A stretch of 64,000 nucleotides of DNA from Amphiscolops sp. MND2022 (taxonomy: Eukaryota), in assembly GCA_964187785.1 (NCBI GenBank), contig OZ076409.1:88662001-88726000 (forward strand). The letters are read 5' to 3'. Numbering within the stretch: position 1 is the stretch's first letter; every line of letters starts with the position of its first letter. A program made the position numbers and the translations under genes. The notes under the pieces were generated by a model that did no database searches, was not told the origin of the DNA, and was given only the letters and a program-made list of their open reading frames with translations. Of the stretch, positions 10,298 through 25,200 are shown piece by piece.

Positions 10298-13200
10298 CTA
10301 GTTCGCCCGGCTGCCCAAGGCGGTGACAAGAATGCAGACTTCTCGCCTCTGGCTCTGTACAACTTCTTTGTCAACAGATGTCGACGTTTTCTGCACATTG
10401 TGATCGCATTCAGTCCCATCGGAGATGCATTCAGAAACAGAATGAGGCAATTCCCGTCTCTCATCAACTGTTGCACTATTGATTGGTTCAAGGTAGGTAC
10501 AACCAACATAGAGCATTTTGAAGAATCTTGAAGCCATGTCTCGAAGGAAAAGACGCATTGAGAACCAGTGAACTGTTTTACCAAAAAAACGCGCTGATCG
10601 CTTGTTGCGTTTGTGACTGGCCGCTAACGCTTAAGCGGTGCTTTTTGAAAAAAAAACTTTCGTCCAGCGAATTTAAGTTTTCAAAAGCTGCAATTTCATG
10701 ACCCTATTTCAAACTTTTGGAAATTTCGATCAGTTACTTACCCTTTTCTCAACCAACTACCACCACAAAAGACAAATCTTTCAACTTTACTGGTGTCGAA
10801 TGAAACGCCCAGTACAAAAACTTGCCACTGTAAGAGTTGGTCACTTTAAAAAAAAACGAAAATAGCTAAGATTTCCGACCAATCAGATAAGCACAAATTA
10901 CGTCGCTTTCGTTTCTTCTGTGCTTTCGCTTATATGCGACCTAATTCGTTGTTGAGGACCTTTTTCGGTCTTCTCGTTGACAAGGTTAGGGTAAGAGTTG
11001 ATACATCGCCCCTGTCAATGAGATTCGACAGGGTTACTGAATTCAGTAAATGTGTAATAAATGATTTTTTTCTCTCTATTTTTTAGGAATCCTGAAATTC
11101 GGAAACATTTTTTTCTAAGTTTGAAGATCGTATAGTTTCAAAAAACCCCGAGTATCATAAAATTCCAATCCACAAACGTGTTCAGCGAAACTTACTATCC
11201 AAATTTTATGAGCATTATAAAGTTTTTTTACAGGCATGGCCCGAAGATGCATTGGAAAGAGTGGCCTCCAAGTTTTTGGAATCAGTGGAGTTAGATGATG
11301 ACGAACGACGTGAAATCATCACGCTTTGCATGTATTTCCACACATCAGCACGTGACCTATCCGAAAGGTACCTAAGTTGCTACGACTCACTTCACACATG
11401 AAACATTTAGCAATTTTGTACACTTCACTTTTCTATCCAAAAGATTGTCTATTGTAACAGTGTCATAACAATATTTATGTTTTATTTTTTTGGTGATTTT
11501 GGCTAGGGGTGCACCGGACACCCAAGTCCGATCCGGTATCCGGCCGGATTTCAGAAAAATGTCCGGTCCTTTATCCGGTCGGACTTTTGATGGAATCCTG
11601 TCGGACAAATATCTTGGTAAATGATCGCATATTATCAGATGAAAACTGCTTGAAACGGCCAAAATTTCATTTTTTGAAAATTTCCAGCATTTTGATGTTG
11701 AAAAAATAGAATATTTTTTCCATTATTTCGGAATAAACGTTTACGTTGTTTCTCATAATACTCTTTGTCCAATTCTAAAAAAAACAGTTTGTCATCACTT
11801 ATAGTTGAGGATAATGTCTGAACCGGCCGGTATCGGGCTTTAATAAATCTTCTCCGGCCAGATGGAAATTTTTCAGTCCGGTGCACCTCTAATTCTGGCA
11901 GTTAGTTCCTGAAAACTCAACTAAGGTAATGTCGTGAATTCAAAAGTGCTGACGATGATTTATTCTGCCAGTGTAGCATCAATTTCAAAGATTTATTTTT
12001 GTACCTCGTCATTTTGATTTGGGTCGGTCGAGAATATACCCTCCATTTAACCCTTTTGATGTTTTTCTAGATACTTGGCGGAACTGGGCAGACACAATTA
12101 CGTAACTCCCACGTCATACCTGGAACTGATCATGGCTTTCAAAGGATTGTTGGGCAAGAAGCGAGACGAAGTCATGAAAGCCAAGAAACGGTATCTCACT
12201 GGATTGGACAAACTGGCTTTTGCTTCTGAACAGGTATTTTTGAAAAATTTTCAGCTCTGTTCAAAGTTTAGAAGTAGACGCTAATAGTATGTAGTAAAAC
12301 TTAGACGCTAATGGTATGTTTTTGATTGATATTGGAGGGTTTTGTATTGAAGTTGAGCGAAGTTAATTCGGGAATGTACCCTGAAGCTTTGAAAGCAAGG
12401 TGGGGTTCTTTGATAATCCTTAATAGTTGAACAGTCGGATAGCTGCTCTTGATTCCAGGTTGCTGAGATGCAAGTCAACTTGACAGAGCTCAAACCCAAG
12501 TTGGAAGAGACTACTAAGGAGACGATCAAGATGATGGAAATTGCTGAGAAGGAGTCCATTGAGGCGGAAAAGAAGTCTGCTGTCGTGGCTGAGGAAGAGA
12601 AAGTTGCCACTGCGCAGTCAGAACAGGCCCAGGCTCTGAAGGATGAATGTGAAAACGATCTCGCTGAAGCCATTCCAGCTCTCGAGGAAGCTATGAGGGC
12701 GTTGGATACACTCAAGGTCAACCGTTAATTTCAAGTTTCATTACAATTTTATTTGAAAAGGTGAAAAAATGGTTTGAGAAGTTGACGCCTTCTGATGGTA
12801 GAAAAAAACCAAAATTATCAAAATTCAAAAATGGTTTTCCCCTCAAATTTGGCATTTACATGAAAAGTTTCTACTGAGTCGCAAAAAAGTTTGTTTTTTT
12901 TCTATATCATAAGAAGTTGAAAATGCAAAACATCAAACTTCATTAATTGGAAAGATGTTTCACTTTTTGCACGAAAACTATTGAATACTCGTTATCCTCA
13001 ATAGCTTTTCATTCCTTCGTTTCAACAAGATTTTCTTCTATTTTACAGCCAGCTGATATCACCATTGTGAAGTCCATGAAAAACCCCCCGGCTGGAGTAA
13101 AACTGGTCATGGAAGCTGTTTGCGTGATGAGAGACTTGAAGCCAGACAAGATCAACGATCCCTCTGGAAGTGGTGGCAAAGTTCTGGACTATTGGGGTCC

Positions 13201-16200
13201 CAGTAAGAAACTGTTGGGAGACATGAACTTCCTTAACGACCTGAAGACCTATGACAAAGACAACATTCCTGTCAACATCATGACAAAAGTCAGAAAGGAT
13301 TATATGCCTAACCCGGAGTTCGTGCCAGATAGAGTTGCCAAAGCTTCCAGTGCAGCCGAGGGTCTTTGCCGATGGGTTAGTCTGATTCTCATTTTTAGTC
13401 GGCTCTTCGTGAAAATAAAACGTGAACTTGTGGCTTTTCGTCGGCGACCATAAAAGTTCTGAAATTTGCCAAAATAATTCACAGGGCCCTTCCGTTGATT
13501 TTTGAACATTTGTTCGGATCAAAAAGCAATATTTGGATTTTCGGCACTGTGCAATTTTTTCGAAAAACATTTAATTTCACAAAAGTTTCCCAACTTTGTT
13601 TTTCTTCTTGTTATGAATGTTTCGTTTAGTTTTTTTAGTTAAAAAGGTTGTTTCTAGTTTGAAAAATGCCTTTTAGGCCCAAAGGCCCCATTTTGTTTTT
13701 TTTCGGCACTGTGAGATTGAGAATTATTAGGACACAGTTTCTTAACGTTTTGAAGTACTTGAGCGTTACCGGCTTGTTAAGATTCTTATGATTTGAGAGT
13801 TCCGTTCAAATCAGTTTCGTATTTTTTGCAAGTGCGTTTTCAAAAAGTTCCATTGAATTGCACTACAAAAAAGTTTTATTTTTTTTACCAAACTATAGAT
13901 ATTCGCTATTTGACCGAAGGTTAGAATGAATTACTCGAGGTATTACTAGATTTTTGATTTGTTTATTGTTAAGTTCTATGGTCTTGATGAAGAACTTTTT
14001 TTCCACCAGATCCGAGCTATGGAAGTATACGATCGAACTGCCAAATACGTGGCCCCGAAGAAAGCGAAACTGGCGGAAGCGGAACAGGAAGTAGCTGTGG
14101 TCATGGCTTCTCTCAACGCCAAACGAACGGAACTGAAAAATGTCCAGGTACGTAGATGCCCTTTCATAACCCGGAACAGTGTATTGGACACGATATACGA
14201 TTAGACGAAAAATTATACATAATCCCCAATTTGTTATACGAAATACATGTTATTCGAAGATATCATTATTATACGGAGAATCGATTTTCAGCCATTTTGC
14301 GTCGATTTCCCCTCCATGGCTGAAGAAGTTTATAGAAATATGGAATTTTTGTGTTGAATTTCAAATGAAATGCATCCTAAAATAGTAATAAGCTTTGCGG
14401 GATTCGGAAAGCGGCTATTGCAATCCCCCTTTTTTGAAACAATTAACATTTTCCGATAGAGAAAATGATAGACGAGGTCAATTCTTCGAATATACGATGT
14501 ACAAAACTTTCAATTATTTGATTACACGTTATAAGAGAAACTCAGTATACGACAATACACTGCCCGGAATTGACCTTTTTTAATTGTATTTCTTGAGTTA
14601 ACACATTGTTAACCAATTGCCATTTTTTCTTTCCTCAGGACCGATTAGAGTCTTTAAAGAAACAACTGAAAGATTCCCAAGACAAGAAGGATAACCTTGA
14701 GTATGAAGTGGATCTATGTGGCAAGAAACTCACCAGAGCTGAGAAGCTGATTGGTGGCTTGGGCGGAGAAAAAGACAGGTATGTAAAATGATGTCACCAA
14801 GATTTGAAGGAAACAGACGGCATTGTGTAAAAACATAGAAGCATCGTATGAGTTGTTTTTAGGTGGACTGAAGCCTCTAAGGTGCTTCAAGGGATCTACG
14901 ACAATTTGACCGGAGATGTGTTGGTTTCTTCTGGTATCATTGCTTACTTGGGAGCTTTCACCTCCGCCTTCCGAGCTGATTGTGCTGCTGAATGGGCCAA
15001 GATTTGCAAAGTAAGAAGTTCCAAATGTTTTCCAGGGATTGAAATTATTTTGTTTCTCTTTTTTGAAGGAAGAAGAAATGCTTAAGCAATGTGGTTTATG
15101 AAATTGAGAATGTAAACCCAAACTGTTGTTTTTTTTTCGAAATATGGGGAAAATATTGGAATTTTAATTCAGGAAAAGAAAATAACTTGTTCGCCTGTAT
15201 TCTCTCTGAAAGAGACTCTCGGCGAGCCAATCAAAATCCGAGCTTGGAACATCAACGGACTTCCGACTGACGACTTCTCAATCGAGAATGGTGTCATCGT
15301 TGACAACGCTCGTCGATGGTGAGTTTTGTAATTGGATGTTTTTTGCCTGAATTTCTATATTTATGTATTTTCCCAAGTTAATTATCATCTTGTTTCAAGG
15401 CCATTGATGATTGACCCTCAAGGTCAGGCGAACAAGTGGGTGAAAAATATGGAAAAGGAGAACAAATTATCGGTTATCAAACTGACAGACCCTGACTACA
15501 TGAGAACCTTGGAGAATTCCATACAGTTCGGAACTCCAATTCTGCTCGAAAATGTTGCGGAAGAGTTGGATCCCACGTTGGAACCGCTGCTTCTCAAATC
15601 TACATTCAAACAAAGTAAGGGTTTGAGTAGCCCCGCCTATTCGTGTTTGAAAGCTTTCATTCAAATCACAATTTACGACTATTTTATATGCTACTTGCAT
15701 ATAATGCTTTTATATACAACATTTATCGTTCTTCTTGGGTTGTTTTTTTTTGCGTTCAAAATAACCGATAAAGACCTATAACTACAAAAAAAATGTTTGA
15801 TAAATTGAGAAAAGGATAGATTTAAGGATATATTCCTCAATTGAAAAATGTTGCACGTCAAAAATTCTTGCTTTTGAAATGGCCGTCACATTGAAATGCG
15901 TATATTTTCCAGTCGAACTGTCATCATTTCTTGCAAGAATCTTGCAGAAGTGGAACATATCAGACTTTATCTTCAACAATCTTGCAAGTATCTTTCATTT
16001 CAGACAAACCTGTCTGATTCTGTCAGATCAGATATTTCTTGCACATTCAGACGTTTCGTGCAAGATTCTTGCAGATCCAGACAATTCTTGGACGAATCTT
16101 GCATGAGAATGTCTGAAAATTGAAAGAGTTCTTCAAGTAATTACTATAACATCCTATTACAATTGTAATCAGTTGGTTGAGGAATAATTGCTTACCTTAG

Positions 16201-19200
16201 GATAGTACTATCGAAATTACTCTTCCAAGGCCACAGGTCGAAACATGTTTTTTTTCGCTTCCTTTTTCCCTGCTTTTCGTACTCTACTATTGAGTGACAT
16301 TTCCATGGAAACCACCCAATGACTCCCCCAAAAGTAGTTAGCTTTGATGTCTTTCAGGTGGAGTTGAGTGTATCAAGTTGGGTGAGAACGTGATTGAGTA
16401 CTCGCGAGACTTCAGATTCTACATCACGACTAAGTACAGGAACCCCCACTACCTGCCAGAAGTGGCTGTCAAGGTCACCCTGCTCAACTTCATGATCACC
16501 CCCGAAGGTAAGAGCAAAACAAAATCAGTTTTTTTTCAAAAAAACAACCTCAGCAAAAAGTAAACTTAAATTTAGCAAAAACCTAGCAGAATAAACTTAT
16601 CTTAAACTTAGCAAAAAAGGAAAATGAAACAACTTAACAATAGCAAAAACAAACTTAGTTCTGGTTTTGAGTGCCCATGGCCGTTGAAAAAGCGAGATAA
16701 ATAAAAGGAACCTAAATAAGGAAGAAAAAACTTTCAAAAACTTAGAAAATCAAACATTGACCTTTTCAATGTCGTGAGATGGTTAAATAGGAAGTTGTGC
16801 TCTTTTGAATTGGCGTGCCCTCGAAAACTCTCCAAACAAAGGCATGTTTAAGGTTCCCTCTTTGTTGTTTGCGACTTAAATCATAGGATTTATTTACGTT
16901 TTTTCCAATGCTCTTTTTAAGCATATTGATATTTTGCGAGACGATGAAATCTAGACGAACTCAAAGCCCCCGTTTAATTTTTTTGGAACTTAGAATCTAA
17001 GTACTTTGGTCTAAAAAGGAGCAAAAGAACGTCTTTGGGGTGTCGACATTGCTGTTCCCATGTTGTTAATTCTGAGAATCTTACATAATGTTTATCATGT
17101 GCAATCAAATTGTTGCGAACAGGTTTGGAAGATCAATTGTTGGGCATTGTCGTTGCAAAAGAGCGACCGGACTACGAGGAAGAAAGGCAGGCTTTGATTC
17201 TTCAATCCGCTCAAAACAAAAAGACATTGAAAGAAACTGAGGACAAAATTTTGGAAACTCTCTCTTCGTCTGAAGGAAACATTTTGGAGGACGAATCTGC
17301 CATTCAAATTCTGGACAGCTCTAAAATTTTATCCGATGAGATCTCTAAGAAACAAAAGGTAAGTAACGAATAATTAATCGGTTACAGTAGCTATTAGAAA
17401 AAATTATGCATTTAAAGTCGACTTGATCATGATGTTACTTTCTTCTTGAATAAATTGAGATTAGTTTTTTTGCTGAGCAAAAATGAGAAATAGAAGAAAG
17501 TATTTCTCAAGTTGTTCTTTCGTAGTGTTTCTGTGTTTTTTTCAAATAATTTAAGAACTATTCCCAATTTTTGATTCCCAAGTTCCATTGGGCATCTGAA
17601 TAATTCTGCTAAAAATAGATTTAAAAAAAGGTCGAGTCTCAAAATCCAAAGCAAAGTTTTTTTCCAACTAAACATGGGGGTTCTAAAGCGGAAGCTCTTT
17701 TCCATTGACAGGTAGCGGAAGAGACGCAGAAGAAGATTGAAGAAGCACGTCTGGGCTACAGACCAATAGCAGTTCATTCTAGTATTCTGTTCTTCTCCAT
17801 TGCTGATCTGCCCAATGTGGACCCTATGTACCAGTACTCGCTCGTCTGGTTCATCAATCTGTTCCTCAACTCCATTGCTGAAAGGTCAGTCAGGATGCTG
17901 CTACGTCATTGAAACATTGTGTACTTTTTAGTCGGCGTTTTCGAAGAAAATCCCGACTCTTACAGTGGCTAATTTTTTTTCGTCAGTTCAACGCGATCGG
18001 TCCACTTTTTGTGCATTAATGCACATTTACCAACTTTTACCATATGTACTTAGTACTTCATTTTCAACGCACTCAAAGCCTCTAACATGAGATAAAAAGC
18101 CATTCCAAAGCAGAAGGGTCCACTTTTTTCGACACTATGAGACTTTCCTCCTTTTTTCGGCACTGTGAGACTGTTCAAAATTCTGATTTTTCTCCGAAAT
18201 TTTTTTTATTGTTCCCCCATCAATTTTTGATATTTTGCAACAGAATGGATGTTCAAAAAATCCCAAAGGGTCCCCTTTTTACATTTTTCGGCACTTTGCG
18301 ACTTACCGGAAACTTCAAAAAAATTCGAAAAAAATCGGACTTTTTTTCTCAATTTTTAGTTTTCTGAGAGCTTTTGTTGTCTCCAGTTGTAGAAAACGTG
18401 GTTTTCGAGTCTTTTTGAGCCTTAGATATGGCGCCGACTTGGGCCATTCCCGGCTTGTTTGTCTTACTTACAAAGCTGAAACGTCCCTTCCGAACACTGA
18501 ATAACTAACTGTTTTTGATGGTTTTCAAATATGATTATCCAGGCTAATAACTTTTTAGCCGACACATATTGCAATAAAATGTGCCCGCTATTACAGTGTT
18601 TTGTTTTTTTCTCAGCTCAAAGTATATCCGAATAGTCTACTTTTCAACAGATTTTTAGCCTAAGATCTAAAAAGGAGCCAAATGATGCAAAGGGTTCTAA
18701 AGGTGATTATGTAACATTTTTCTTCGAATTGCAAAACTGCACGAGGCCAAAGGGACCATTAAGTTTCTTTCAAGCACTTTGAGAGTTTTCAGAATTGTTT
18801 TCGGCAGTAAGCGGACGGAAACTTAAGAAGTTTTTGTTTTGCTCTTTTTTCTCGAACTTTCATTTTGTGCTATTTTCCGAAACAACTAAACAAAATGAAA
18901 TTTATGTATAAAACGAGTTCTTTTACGTCAGAGTTATAAGACGTCCGACTAAAAATTTAGTTTGAAGGTCGCATCTCAACTTTAAAGTCTAATAATGTAT
19001 GTAAACTGGCTTTCTATTTGCAGTAATAAATCCAAAATCCTGGAGAAAAGGCTGAGATACCTTTCTGACCATTTCACCTACAATCTATACTGTAATGTCT
19101 GTCGTTCTCTCTACGCCACTGCCAAACTGCTTTTGCCCTTTCTCATCTGTGTCAACCTCCTCATGTTAGTCAAGGTCACGTGTTCACGCCCTAACAGGTC

Positions 19201-22200
19201 ACGCGTTTCTTTTCAGCAACAAGAGCAAAATCCTGGAAAAGAGGTTGAGATATCTCTCGGACCACTTCACATACAATCTCTACTGCAACGTTTGTAGGTC
19301 CTTGTTCGAAAAGGACAAACTTCTTTTCTCCTTCACACTTTGTGCCAACATCCTGTTGTGAGTATTAACTGTGAGACCCCTATTGGTGGCTAAAAACATG
19401 TATTGTTTTTCCTTTGTTGTCTCGAAATAATAAACCCGTTCTTAGTTTTTGCGTGGAAAAACTAGTGAGGTTTGATTCTCGAATTATGAACGGTCTTATT
19501 CAGGAATGAGTTTTCGGTGTTTGAAACTGGATATTGTTAAAATCTGCTTGTTAAATAAGTTTTCGTGGCCAGACGATTTCTTATTGCACATGACGAAGTC
19601 AATGTGCATTGCAGTCCAGCTAAGTAAGTTTTTTTTCCACTATAGTCAACTTCATAATGAGCGCCTTTTAGATAAAAGCCAAAACCCCAGAGAGATTCGA
19701 ACCTGCAGCCTCCCGATTGCACGGCATAAGCGTTGACCACTGTGCCATAGGGACGTTATTGAACAAAGTTGAACTGTTGAATATATACGCATGCGATTAA
19801 AATAATATATATACGCATATTAAAATAATCGATGTCTTCGTCATGTGTTGCGAAGCACCGCTTCGCCTCTGTGTTTAAGGTTGGAAAAGGTTTTATTTTT
19901 TGAAAATTGTGTTCTAATTTGGTCACCTAATTTTATGTTTTGGATATTGGTCAGTTGGACCAATAGTACATGGAACTTAGTTAAAAGAAATAGTAATAAA
20001 AACACATTTCTTCTCAAACCTTCTTTCAAATAGAGTCAAAATATGGGTGACAATAATTGAAAACATTTACTGGCAAGCCCGAATATGATTGGAAATTACA
20101 AGATTGAATATCATCGCACTTTTTCGTGTTAATGTTATTTCAACATGCACGGTCTTTTAAAATTGAAGCAAGATTGAGCGTTCGAAAAACCTAATTTCAA
20201 GTTGTCGAAATTTTTATAGCAGCGCATTTATGATGATTTTTTGTCTCATTTGATTGAATATTTCTCTACAGAGCGCGCAACGAGTTGAAGAAAGAGGAAT
20301 TTATGTTTTTGCTGACTGGTGGAGTCGGACTGGAAAACAAGGAACCAAACCCAGCCAGTGACTGGATGCTGAAAAAGAACTGGGACGAATTCTGCCGCTT
20401 CACAAACCAGTTCAAAGAAGTCGCCACTTTGAAGTGTGTTCATGTTCCATCAAATTCACAACTTTTTTGAAGTTTAATGTTCCCGAATCTTGAAATTCAA
20501 AATGGTTCTATGCAAGAAAACAGGGCAGTCGTGTTTTAGACCTCACTTCATTGACAATTCTGATGAGTGGAAGCGGATTTACGACAGCAAGGAGCCACAT
20601 GAAGCATCGATGCCTTATCCGTTTGAAGACAAACTGACAGTTTTTCAGAAGCTGATAATGATTCGAATACTTCGCCCTGACAAGGTGAGTCAAAGATTTG
20701 TCGGCTTTCTTGGAAAGTTTGAGTCTGTGAAATTGTTTGTTGTTGCTTCACTGCATACACATGTATTTCGAAATCTGGGGAAAATACTTTTTGATATCCA
20801 GCATATTTACCGTACATGAGTAATTTTATATGCTGAAACCATTGTATATCTACAATTTTTTCTGTAAAGAACAGATTACGCAGTCGGCAGCGCTAACACT
20901 TGTTACAATAGACCACTAATCTTAATCGAAATTGGTTATATACAGTAAATTTATACCACTTCCAAATGGATCGTTTTATTCGCTGTTTTTTGGAGAAAAA
21001 TACAGGACTCTTAGAGCCGCAAGTTTTTTTCTTCCATTCGCGGCCGTGTCGGCTTGTTATATTTAGAGGTGTACAGGACTGGAAAGTTTCCGGATACCGG
21101 ACCGGACATTTTTCCAAAGTCCGGCTGGATACCAGACCGGACTTGATGTCCGGTGCGCCCCTAGTTATATTTATGTACATAACTTGGTATGACGTTTACA
21201 GCTGGTGCCCAAAGTGACATCTTTCGTGTCTGAGAAGCTGGGCAAGAACTTCGTGCAGCCTCCTCCGTTCGACCTGGCCAAGAGTTACGCCGACTCCAAC
21301 TGTGTCATTCCTCTCGTCTTCATTCTGTCCCCGGGTGCCGACCCTATGGCCAGTACGTGTTACTTTTTAGTCCACCGATTCTAGAGCGTTATCCCTAACA
21401 CAGGAGTGACGTAACTCAGGAATGACGTAATTCAGGGATGATTCAAAACTGGCTTAAATTTTGCTTAGTGCTATATATAGTAATACTTAAGCAAGTTTCG
21501 AATCGTTCCTGAATGCACTTTTGTAATCGGATACGTATTCAGGTTTGCGTCATTTATGTCAACAAGTGTAAATTTTCAAGAAATATATCCAGCGTTTTCA
21601 AGACTAAGTTGTTGTTAATATCATTAATTTCCATTTTTTAAGACCCAATATGAAATTTATAAACTTAATTATTTTCTGCCCATATTTCATACGTGGTAAA
21701 GGAGAATTACTAACTCAACTTTATCCCCTGATGTAAATGAAAAAGGGTCTACCACAGAATTCTACTAGGTTCGTAGCATAAGTTTTTTGTAACCTTTTGC
21801 GCAAACTAAGAGTTTCCAATTTTTGACAATTTTCATGTAATTATTGGATTACCCTTTGGACCTTTTTGTTACCCTTTAGAAATAAGGCGTAAAATCTTTA
21901 AAAGGTGTAGCATTCAGTGTGAGGTCTGTTGTCTGGCAAAAAAGCTTGGCACAGTAAGAATTAGGCATTTTTTGTTACAAAAAGAGCCGATTAGAAACGT
22001 ATTTGGCCGAGAAAAAAGCATGTCCAGGGCTCAGATTCTTCTGGAAATCAGGGAAATATCAGGGATAATTCAGGGAATTTGTTCGAAATTTTTGGCAAAA
22101 ACATTACGCTGGTAAAATATCTGCTTTTTTAAGTGATTGCTTTTTTATATTTAGTCAAAAAGGAAGACCTTACAGGTACTAAACGGTTCAGCTACGTTAT

Positions 22201-25200
22201 TTTCAGATCATGACTACGAAATTATCAGGGGAGATTTTGCAAAGTATCCTCAATTTGCATCAAGGATCCACTTTTCCAGCTGCAGTTTTTCCCCTGCAAA
22301 TTCACTCAGTTTTGACGAGGCGTTCAATAAGATAAACCATCAGGCGGAACTTGATTTTCACGTTAAATTTCACGATTTTTCCAATCAAATAGTCGTTAGG
22401 CGCTATTATGATTCCGTTTTTCTTGGACATACTTCTGCAGTGGATTTTTCCAAGGCAATGAAAGAAATGCTCGAGAAGCCAAATTGGCTAAGTAACCTGA
22501 AAAGCGTAAGCATGGACGGGCCAAATGTGAACTGGGCGCTTCTAGATATTTTGAAACGTGAAATTATTCATTCATTGCGATCCAAGCAATCCTCAAATTT
22601 TGGAATTGGGTTCCTGTGGTTTGCACTTACTTCACGGAGCATACGGCACAGCTCAGAAGGCAAAAAATTGGAATATGACGTTGAAATGACACAATATGAT
22701 TTATCAGATCATATGTTCCCACTTCGTTTCTGTGGACATTGCTGGTTGGAGAACTCTGATATCATTTCTAGGATAATTGCTATTTTTCCGAACCTCGAAG
22801 ACTTTATTGAAAAAGCTCCCAAGTCAGCAACATCGTTAGAGTCGTTTAAGATAATCAAGAAATAATTGGTAGTCGGAGATATTCTTATTGCCCGGTCCGA
22901 ATTCTCCCGAACGAAATGCGCAGGTAGAGATTGGATTTTCAGTAAATAAGGATCTCTTGGTTCCTAATTTGCAGCAACAGTCTCTTGTAGCACTACGTCG
23001 TGTGTATGATTCCATAAGGGACTTCAATCCGTCATCAATTACAGTGAGTCAGATGATAAAATATGCTCGAAACGCACATGCAAATTATGAAATTGTCAGA
23101 AGCAGAGACGGTGAAAACCGCATTGTTGCCCTGAAACGTGTATTGGAGAAGAAGGTGCTTTCGGAAGAGCTGAAGAAATTGCAACCGAAGATACAAAAAG
23201 GGGCTTCTGATATTGGAACTGAACTTTCCAAGAGTGATTCAGATATTTTGGAATTCAAAAAACAAGCTTTGTAACATGCAATTCACATTTCAAATATCAG
23301 GGAAAATTTCAGTTTTAAGCCGGGGAAAATCAGCGAATTTAATTTCAGAAAATGAATCTGAACCCTGATGTCTGACTTCTTATGACCTTGAGCAACACAC
23401 TTCGAAAAGAGCTTTGGAACGACAAATGCTTGACAACATGGCTACACATTTGGTACCTTAGTTTGTCATGGGGAGATAGTTTGTGAAAAAAGCGGCCGGG
23501 CCTGACTATGAAAGACCTTGAGCAAGTCACTTTAAAATCATAGCTTCAAGTCCACCATTGTTTGACCATTTGGCTGCAAATATGGTTCCATTGCTTGCTA
23601 TCCGAAAGGGCACCGACTTAGAAGAGCAGAACTGCTTATTCGGCGTCCACCCCGCGGTTATTGTGGAAATGAAATTTTTGTTCTCAACTTTTAACAATTT
23701 TCGAATTTATGCAATTGTTTAACCTTAACTTGGCCAATGTGCCAAATTTGGCACATTTAGTTTCTGCAAATTCTTAACGCACCAGCTGATTGTATGGTAA
23801 AGCAAACCCTTTAATAAGAGTTTCAGACAATATTGCATAGCATTCGGCGCCTTTTCACGAAAAATTGACGTGATGTCTCCAAAATCCAGAAAATGAGGCG
23901 AAAAAATCAAAACAAAAATAAGTGCAGATTTTCCGTTTTCCCAGTTTTCGTTTGTGCCCCTTTTATCCCACTGGTATCAACATTGGGTCAAAGCGGCCCC
24001 AGCATGTTTTGAAACATGCTGAAAAGCAAGAAGAGACACGACGCGTGCAAAGTTTTGGCGCAAAGTTCGGAGCCAGTGCGGCGAAGCCGCACGCCAGCTG
24101 AGAACTTCGCGCGCAAGGGGCCCGCGCTAGCGGGCCCCAAGCCCAGCAGTTTAAAAAATGATTTGAAAGCCCCAATGCTCCTCTTTCGAACGCTGTATAA
24201 ATCGTTTGTCGGACTTGTATAGTTCAGGAGATATTGCGGTTTAAAGTTGAAGCACCCGATTTTTGGATGGAACAAGATTTTTCCTGGCCAACTTAAGGTT
24301 AATGCAATTGATTCAAGTTTTCCTATGTTTTTGTGGGTATGAGTATCCGCATAGTTAAACAACAAAACATTTAGCACTCTACCATACTCTTGTAGAGGGA
24401 AAATGATTTTCTTTCAAGAATAGGGATGAAATGAAGTGAAAAGTACCATTCTCATGTTGCAGGTCTTCTGAAGTTTGCCGGTGACAAAGGCTTCAGCGGA
24501 GACAAGTTCAACGCCATATCCTTGGGTCAAGGTCAAGGTCCTATCGCCGCCAAGATGATCCAGAAAGCCCAGGAAGACGGAACTTGGGTCGTCCTTCAGA
24601 ACTGCCACTTGGCTGTGTCCTGGATGACTGCCCTGGAAAGGCTGTGTGAAGAGTTCAACATTGAAAACACCAATCCTGATTTCAGGTATTGTTAAAACCA
24701 TTCCACGATTTTTTAAAAGCGGTGCTTGTACAAATAATTTTTTTTAGAATTTGAGGGTTTACTTTGAAAAAAAAATGGAGCTGTGGGAATATGAAACAAG
24801 CCGGGAACGGCCCAAGTCGGCGCCATATCTAAGGCTCAAAAAGACTCGAAAACGAAAACCACTTTCTCTACAACCGGAGACAACAAAAGCTCTCAAAAAA
24901 TTAAAAATTGAGAAAAAAAAATCCGATTTTTTTCGATTTTTTTTGAAGTTTCCGGTATGTCGCATAGTGCCGAAAAATGTAAAAGGGGGGACGCTTTGGG
25001 ATTTTTTGAACATCCATTCTGTTGCAAAATATCCTAAATTGATGGGAGGAACAATAAAAAAAATTCGGAAAAAATCAGAATTTTGAACAGTCTCACAGTG
25101 CCGAAAAAAGGAGGAAAGTCTCATAGTGTCGAAAAAAGTGGACCCTTCTGCTTTGGAATGGTTTTTTATCTCATGTTAGAGGCTTTGGATGCGTTGAAAA

